This document shows positions 56,939 to 64,000 of a DNA stretch of 64,000 bases, piece by piece. The position numbers and the translations under genes are program-made. Source of the DNA: Alphaproteobacteria bacterium (lineage in GTDB: Bacteria; Pseudomonadota; Alphaproteobacteria; SP197); contig OZ219747.1 of the NCBI GenBank assembly GCA_964291265.2, positions 2,176,001-2,240,000 on the forward strand. Direction: 5' to 3'. The notes under the pieces were generated by a model. That model searched no databases, was not told the DNA's origin, and was given only the letters and a program-made list of their open reading frames with translations. The number at the start of each line of letters is the position of its first letter. Position 1 is the stretch's first letter.

Positions 56939-59900
56939 CCAGCTGGTCTCGTCGCCGTGGCGCACCGTCAGCCGGTTCTGATGATCGAGGATGGCCTGAG
57001 CGAGAGGCGCGAACATCGGCGTCATCTTCTTCATGCCGCCAGCGATCGTTCCCGGCGCCATCGGCAGTCCCTGGTCTTCCAGCCATCGCGAGACCCGGCG
57101 CAGGGGACGCAAGCAGGCGAAGCGCTCATAGAGCACGCATTCCCAGACACTGATGCCGAAGGGGGTATTCGCAAGCAAGCGCAAAGGTGGCGGCGCGATG
57201 ATCTCCGCAGGCGCCGACGAACACTGACAACCACGGCGCCAACGCCCACGTTCAATCCGCCGGATATGAGCCTTGACATGGACCTCCATGATCGAGGTCT
57301 CGTGGCTGCCGTTGGCCACATAGGGCTCGCCGCAACACGGGCACGTGCGCTGCGATGCCGGTGGATCATGGCGTTCGTGCTTCTCCTTGAGCTTCGGACG
57401 CGGAGTGCGCCCGTGGCCGCTCTTGCCGGGTTGCTGACCCCGCTTGTTCCCGGTGCCTTCCTTCTTCTTCCGTTTCTCGCTCTTCGACCCGAAGCGCGCC
57501 GTCGCGTGCTTGGCACGCGTCCCGCGGAGATTCCTCAGCTCGCTCGCCTGTTCAGCGTTCTTGAGCTTCAGAGCGTCCCTTTCCTGCTCCAGCGCCTCCG
57601 CTCGGGCCTGTCCACGCTTCACCTCCCGGCGAGCCTCCTTGAGCTGATCACGAGTGCGGTCGAGATGAAACTTGAATGTGCCCGCACGGGCACGGGCAGA
57701 ATTCTTCGCACGGCGCAGGTCACGCATACGCGCTTCCGCCGCATCCGCACGAACCCGCTCCGCCTCATAGAGCGCACGCCAGTCAGGCGCCTCGCATGAC
57801 AAGGCCACTGACGCCCGACATAGGCCGTCACCACCTCCCGTCAGCTGCTGTGTCGCTCCGCGCGTCTCGGCAAAAGTCTTCATGGCCTCGACCATAATCG
57901 AGACCAAACGAGTTTACCAGCTCTTTCTCAGACGATAGTCAGCAAGACCCAAACCAACCAAAATCAGCCATCACCGAACGGCCGAACGCTTACGGCCCGA
58001 GAGGGGTGCCGAACCTGGCGTCCCGCGTGCTCGGCCTGAGCCTTCGGCGGCTGTCCGCCGACATCGAGGCCACGCACGGATACCCAGTGTTCCTCGCGGA
58101 GACGTTCGTCGACATCAAGCGCTTCGCCGGAACCTGCTATCGCGCGGCGAACTGGCGCTCGCTGGGATTGACGCGCGGCTTCGGTCGCAAGCCCGGCGGC
58201 ACCGCACGCTTCCGTCACCACGGCCAGCCCAAGGAGATCTTCATGTACGAACTGACCGACGGCGCCGCCGAGGCGCTGAGCCGGGACGCGATCCCGGAGA
58301 GCTGGAACGCGGAGCAGCACGACCAAGCCGGACCGATGGCCGCGTCCGGGCTGCGCAGTCTGTTCGCCTGCCTGGGCGAGGTGCCCGAGTGCCGCAAGCC
58401 CCGGGGCAAGCGCTATCCGCTGAGAACCATTCTCGCGATCGCCGTCGCAGCCCGGCTCGCCGGCTACCGCGGCGTGAGCGCATTCGCTCAGTTCGCCGCC
58501 CTGCTCACCCAGGAACAGCTGGCGGCGGTGGGTGCGTTCTACAGCCCGTCGAAGAAGCGCTACACGGCGCCCACGTCCACAACCTTCCACAGCATCCTCG
58601 CCAACCTGCCGCCCGAGACCCTGGACCACGCCATCGGCCTGTGGACGGCCCAGCAGGCCGGTGCAGACACACCGCTCGCCATGGACGGCAAGGACATCCG
58701 CGGCGCCTCCAGGCAGACCAAAAACGGGCGGCGGATGATGGTCGCAGCGGTCGAGCACGGAACCGGCATGGTCCTCGGCCAGGTCGAGGTCGACGCGAAG
58801 AGCAACGAGATCCCCGCCGTGCGGGACCTCGCCAGCAGCATCGACGTCACGGGCCGCATCGTCACCCTGGACGCGATGCACGCTCAGCACGAGACCGCGC
58901 AACGGCTTCTCGAGCGCCGCGCCGACTATGTCATCACGGCGATCAAGGATAACCAGGAGACCATGCTCGACGACCTCAAGGCCATCGACTTCAAGGGCGC
59001 GGCTTCGTTCGAGACACTCGACAAGGGGCACGGACGCATCGAGCGCCGCCGCTGTGCCGTGGTCGACATCTCCGGCGCCGAGTGGGACGGCTACGCCGCT
59101 CTCCACGGTCGCCACCAAGCCATCCGCATCGAGCGCGAACGCGAGATCTGCAAGACCAAAGAACGCAGTGTCGAGACCACCTGGTGCCTCACCTCGCTCG
59201 CTCCCGAACGCGCCGGACCCGAGATGCTTCTGGCCCTCGTGCGCGACCACTGGGTCATCGAAAATCGACTCCACTACGTACGCGACTTCACCTACGACGA
59301 GGACCGCTGCAGGGTCCATGTGCGCCATCTGCCACGCAACCTCTCCTGCCTGACAAACGCCGCCATCGCCATCGTGCGCTGCGGCGGACATTTCGACTAT
59401 ATGCCCGAAGCCAACCGGCACTACGCCGCCCGCGCCCAGGACGCACTCGACGCTATCCTCATCCCGCCCGGCGGATGAACCTTCGCTCCTGACCCCGCGC
59501 CACAAGCCGGGAACGCGCCGCCTGACGGCGCAACAGGACAGCTCTGTTCGCACACTCGAAAAAACGTGCCTAGTGAGCCCTGATGCACCAGCAGTGCCCA
59601 CTGAAACCAGCCCACAGCGAACCCGGGCGCCTCAACCATGCCGGTCCCTGTCACATCAACAATCCACAGGACTGAAAAAAGAATGGTCCTGAGCGGAACC
59701 ACACAGATCTTGATCTTTGCCATCAACATCAACCCCTGTGGTCGGACATCCATGCGTTGTACGCCATGCCGCACCATCGGCCTCAGGCAAAGACGTGCCG
59801 GACCTGCGCACATTCCGCCTGCCTTGGGATCGGGCGCCTGCAACTATGCGATCCGCCGTCCACACCACATGGCAGCCTGGGATACCGGAGCCGCCAGTTC

Positions 59901-59955
59901 CCAAGACGACCATCTCGCCAAGCTGGCGGAGAATTCGTCAATGCTCTAACATTCA

Positions 59956-60620
59956 CCTTTGGAACATCAAGACGCCGTCAGGCTGAAGGCCTCGCGCCTC
60001 TCCGATAGGGTTTGCGATTGCGGCGTACCACCAACAGTTGGACGGGCGGATACGCGCCGTAGGAGTGAATGGAAGATGCAGAACCCGGAAGAGCATGGAG
60101 CATGTATCGAGACGAAGGGTAAGCTCATGTGGGCGACCTTGATCCTGTTCATGGGAATGATGGCGGGGAGTGATTGGGCGCGAGCTGCCGTTATCGCATC
60201 ATGCGGCCCGTGGACCGGGTACACCTTTGTCTACGAAAGCGAGTTGCATGACCAATCGGGTTGGATTGCGGATGCTATCGAGTCGACCACCATCTTCACC
60301 GGCACCGACAGTGAAGAAGTATCCGATGTAATCATCGAGAGAAAAGGTTTGGATGGCAATAACTTGACCCAGCGTGCCAGCGACTACGGTCATGTGATCG
60401 AGGTGCACAAGGCGGGCCCGATCCGCCATGTGATTGTCTTGTGGGGTCCCGTGACGGAGCTTTATCATGTGAACACAGAGGCCAAGAAGGCATCTCTCTT
60501 AACCACCAAGTCCGGCCCTATCGAGTTGACGCATGCCTATAGTGGAGAGTGCGAGTGAACATGAGTGCTTCCGGGGACGCCCGCGTCTTGCAACTTGACG
60601 GCGTCTTGACGTTCCAAGGG
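59956..60620. mobile_element. Non-autonomous cassette bounded by inverted repeats, carrying one gene
   Basis: 59956-59985 matches the reverse complement of 60591-60620 at 26/30; no transposase and no clear TSD. Confidence 0.6.
60127..60558 (+). CDS. Hypothetical secreted protein (143 aa, two Cys)
   Basis: Signal-like MWATLILFMGMMAGSDWARA; visibly lower GC than the flanks. Confidence 0.65.
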   Translation: MWATLILFMGMMAGSDWARAAVIASCGPWTGYTFVYESELHDQSGWIADAIESTTIFTGTDSEEVSDVIIERKGLDGNNLTQRASDYGHVIEVHKAGPIRHVIVLWGPVTELYHVNTEAKKASLLTTKSGPIELTHAYSGECE

Positions 60621-60852
60621 AACAGCTCGTCGATAAGGTCGCTCGGATCGCCTGTAGCGAGTGCCTGTCAGAAGGCCCTTTCTCAAGCGATGACACGTGT
60701 CGATGTGGCAGGGCTGCGCCTCTGATGCGCCCCCGCTTTTGTCTCATGTCAGGTGATACCTCACGCTCTGAACGGTTCATTGTGCCGTACCCAGCGTGAT
60801 CGTCCCGGCCGTTGTCATGCTTCGGACAAAGGCTCCCCTTCCCGCCCTTATG

Positions 60853-61102
60853 CTTTCACCGTCCCACATGCATATGGGGATCTCGTTTCCGTTTTCTTTC
60901 ACCGGGTGCTTCGCTTCGTCTCCCCTCGCCAGGCGAGTCACGCACCTGGATCGCCCAGTTCAGCCTTGCGAGACCCTGCCAGATATTCTTCGCTCCCGGG
61001 AGCGGCCGACGTGGCGTGGGATGCGACCCAAGGAGGCGCCCGAGGTCGATGACGACGGCACGGACATCGGGCATCGCCCGGACCTCCCGGTGACCCTGGG
61101 AC
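60853..61102 (-). mobile_element. 3' end of a DUF4338-IS4-like element, interrupted at 61103
   Basis: Homologous to ~21795-22044 (LPGAKNIWQGLARLNWAIQVRD); end CTTTCAC at 60853. Confidence 0.78.
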
Positions 61103-62555
61103 CTTTCAACCAGACACTGTTGAATCCATCTTTTTCAGCATATCGAGTTCCTGCAGTTTCCGCATATTTCGGTGATGTTCGACGAAGGTGAGGAGGATTT
61201 CGTATCCCTGCCAGAGTTTCTCAGTCCCCGGCAGGGGTTGACGTTTTCTGGGAATGAAGCCCGCCAGGCGTGCGACGTCGACGGCGAAGGCTGCGATGGT
61301 CGGTTCGGGATCGGGAGGTCCACGCGGCGTGCGCTGTCGGCTGACCTTATAGATGTTCAGGACCGTGATCTCGTCGCGGTGGACGATGTGGCTTGCCGGG
61401 GTGTCTGGTGCCGAGCGTGCGAGGCGCTCGACGGTCATGACGCGGCATGCGGTGATGGCGTCGAAGGCCAGACACTTCCTCAGATCGTCGACCTGGTTGA
61501 GGCGCCGGTCCTTGATCCGGGTGCCGACCTTCAGGGCCTTGAAGTACTCTTCGATCCACCATCGCCTCTCGTAGAAGGAGACGGTCTTGAGGGCATCGTC
61601 TGCGGTGACGTCGCCTTCGGTGGTGAGCAGCATCCAGTCGAGAGGATCGCGGCCTGGCGGTGGGGCGGGTTCCGTGACCCGCACGGCCATCATGGAGAGC
61701 GGCGGCGTTGTCTGAGGCTTCTTGTCCGGCGGAGCCAGGTCGACCCTTGCCGCACGGACTTCGAGGCGTACGCCCTTGCGCTCCTTGCGACGACGCGGCC
61801 CTCCGCAGGCCGCGATGTCGATCTGCTTCGTTGCGATGCACGGCTCGTCCGCCATGTAGTCCCAAAGGTCCCGGCAGGCGCCCGTTGCGGTGACCACGCG
61901 GCGCCGTGTCGAGCGCCTGACGCGCACCAGCAGACCGGCCTCGTGCTCCGGGCCAGCAGGTCCCAGATGTCGCCTTCACGGTCACAGATCACCAACACCC
62001 TTGTCGAAGGACAGGCAGCGGCCAGTTCCACGGCCTTGTCGTACCCGTCGAGCCAGCGCCGGCTCTCCTTGTCGTCTGGCTCGTCCTTCTTCTGATCCGG
62101 CTTGAGACGGAAGTCGGCGTCGAGATGGAACAGGCCGAGGGATGAGCCGCCTTCGCTGAAGGCAACCCCGGCATGGGCCGCCATGCCAAGGGCGCCCGAG
62201 CCGCCGCCGCCGATGTCAACAAGACCCTTGGTCGCCTCCAAGCCATTGTAATTCAAGAACGTCGTGTCCTGGATGGCAAGAATCAGGCGCTGCGAACGGC
62301 AGCGTTCCACCATCGCTTCCTGGTGCCCCTCAAGGATATGCTCCATCGTCACCCTCGGATTTGACAACAGGCGGTAGGCCGCCTTCTGCTCCGCCTCGCC
62401 GGGGAAGATCACCGGCAGGATCGCGCCGGGACGATCGTTCCACGCCCGGCCCATGGTGACAAGGCGCTCGCGGATGCGCACGTCACTGTGGCTGCTGCGG
62501 GCGTACTCCCTCATCGCCCAGTCGGTCCTGTCATCACCGACAAGGGGCGCCGCCT
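61103..62555 (-). pseudogene. Second IS4-family transposase, frameshifted near 61950 and interrupted at 62556
   Basis: IQDTT, CDREGD, YERRWWIEEYFKALK; end CTTTCAA at 61103. Confidence 0.85.
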
Positions 62556-64000
62556 CTTTCAAAGGGTCGGACTTGTATAGGTGATTCGTTTCGTGCATGC
62601 TGCGGGCATGCAGGTTGGTCTCCGCCATTTCGATTCGCAGACGCTTGACTGGTTTGCCGGCGCGTTGCGCTCCGCCGACGCCACCCGTCACGGTCTGGCA
62701 CGCGAGCTTTGCGAGCGCACCGGTTGGCGCAACGCGCTCGGCCGTCCGTGCCTGTCGGCGGCGGCGAAGGTGCTGCCGGCGCTCGCCGAGCGCGTGGGGT
62801 TGGAGCTTCCGCCGCCGCGGAGCGTGCCTGATCCGACCGTCGTGCCCGCCGTCCCGGCCGGTGACGTCCCCGACACCAAGCTGGTCTGCCTGCTGGAGGA
62901 TCTCGGCCCGGTCTCGCTCGAACCGGTGGGCGAGGCCGACGATCGCCGGCTGTGGGAGGCGATGATGGCGACGCACCACCCGCTGGGATGGACGCGCTCG
63001 CCCGGCGGCCAGGTGCGCTACTGGATCCGCTCGCAACGCCACGGCACCCTCGGCGGGATCGGCTTCGGGTCCGCGACCTGGCAGTTGCGGGCGCGGGATG
63101 AGTGGATCGCATGGTCCGCCGACGCCCGTGCCGCCAACATCGAGCGTGTGATCTGCGGTCATCGGTTTCTCCTGCTTCCCGGCGTTCGGGTCTACGGACT
63201 GGCCTCCCGGGTCCTGCGCATGGCGGCGGAGCGCATCGCCGACGATTGGGAGGCTCGCTATGCGGTGCGCCCGGTGGCGGCCTACACTCATGTCGGTGCG
63301 GAGCACAGCGGCTATTGCTACCACTGCGCCGGCTGGACCGTGGCCGGGCGGACCAGCGGGCGCCGGGGCAAGGCCGGCACGGTGCGGGTCCTGGCCCTGG
63401 AGAGCGGCTGGCGGACGGTGCTCCACGGGACACAGCGCCGTCCACTCGGCGCCCTGGCGGGCGTCTATGACGGCACTGACGCGGACTGGGCGGAGCGGGA
63501 GTACGGGCGCACGCGCCATACCGACGGTCGGGTGCGGCGACGCATCGTTGACATGGGCCGGGCCTGGATGAAGAACATGGGGGAGGACCTGCCGATCATC
63601 TTTCCCGAGAAGGCGGAGCAGAAGGCCGCTTATCGGTTGCTGTCGAACCCGAGGGTCTCCATGGAGCACGTTCTGGAAGCGCATGTTGAGGCGACCGTGG
63701 AGCGTTGTCGGACAGAGCCTCTTGTCCTTGCGATACAGGACACGACGGCGATCAACTACAGCGGCCTGGAGGCCACGAAGGGTCTGGACAAGCTCGGCGG
63801 CGGCGGCAAGGGGAGCGTCGGCATCCTCGCCCACGCCGGTCTGGCGGTGACGTCGGAGGGCCGGCCGCTGGGCCTGTTCACGATGGATGCGGCCTTTCGG
63901 CAGGAGCCCGGGGAGGACAGTCAGCGCTGGGTCACCGGGCTTGAGCGGGCCCGGGAGCTCGCGGCGGCCTGCCCGGACACGCGTGTCGTCTCGGTCTGCG
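62556..64000 (+). mobile_element. Second, near-identical copy of the DUF4338-IS4 element (runs off the window; CDS from 62608)
   Basis: Starts CTTTCAAAGG..GACTTGTATAGG; only scattered substitutions versus 19698 onward. Confidence 0.93.

Larger units (their letters stand above)
54192..57883 (-). pseudogene. tnpC: IS66 transposase TnpC split by an antisense group II intron (57883-56939 and 55019-54192)
   Basis: Coiled coil, RGQQPGKSGHGR, CPCCG; rejoins as HGDETSW|RIQS; CDRYVVY, CWAHSRRD, DNNLAERTLR. Confidence 0.88.
53852..57993 (-). mobile_element. IS66-family element (single-transposase type; 2223 bp without the intron)
   Basis: 14-bp TIR GTAAGCGTTCGGCC; perfect 8-bp TSD GGCCCGAG (53844-53851, 57994-58001). 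Confidence 0.93.
53535..59478 (+). pseudogene. DUF4338-ISAs1 transposase fusion (597 aa when 53535-53851 and 58002-59478 are rejoined)
   Basis: HHYL, ARDRWIGW, NNSRFVIL|PNLASRVL, ETFVD, GTCYRAANW; then MDGKDIRG, KSNEIP, LDAMHAQ, KDNQ, HWVIENRLHYVRD. Confidence 0.88.
53448..59582 (+). mobile_element. ISAs1-family element (ends tentative), interrupted by IS66
   Basis: CAGGGCT...AGCCCTG candidate ends; no TSD found; ISAs1-type transposase inside. Confidence 0.65.

Noticed and set aside
61690-63834. 714-aa ORF as a novel fusion protein
   Set aside because: Artefact: the antisense frame of the inserted IS4 reads through the junction at 62556 into the interrupted minus-strand transposase.

Overview
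GC-rich bacterial chromosome segment, probably alphaproteobacterial (inferred from glcDEF, polA and the pckA-chvI-chvG synteny). Housekeeping and metabolic blocks include glycolate oxidase, polA, pckA, a ChvI/ChvG-like two-component pair, two glutamine-synthetase-family genes, frmA/fghA formaldehyde detoxification, DNA-repair genes and a peptide-type ABC transporter. They are interleaved with dense, nested mobile DNA whose ends and target duplications can often be read to the base. Main points: (1) an ORF-less 660-nt group II intron lies in sense inside an ABC ATPase gene, and its exact removal restores the frame; a full-length RT-encoding sister intron lies about 11 kb away inside an IS66, itself inside an ISAs1 gene. 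(2) Two paralogous secreted MORN-type repeat proteins (5 vs 23 repeats) have constant caps and hypervariable positions. (3) A 5.3-kb IS21-type transposon carries a toprim/primase-like gene and iteron-like repeats. (4) DUF4338 (DruA-like) modules ride on three different IS families, and a Dam-like methylase remnant sits beside another IS66. (5) An unclassified IS with 16-bp TIRs and a 5-bp TSD has its own MITE. (6) A passenger cassette is bounded by inverted repeats. No rRNA, tRNA or CRISPR array was seen. All family assignments are motif recognition by eye, not database searches.
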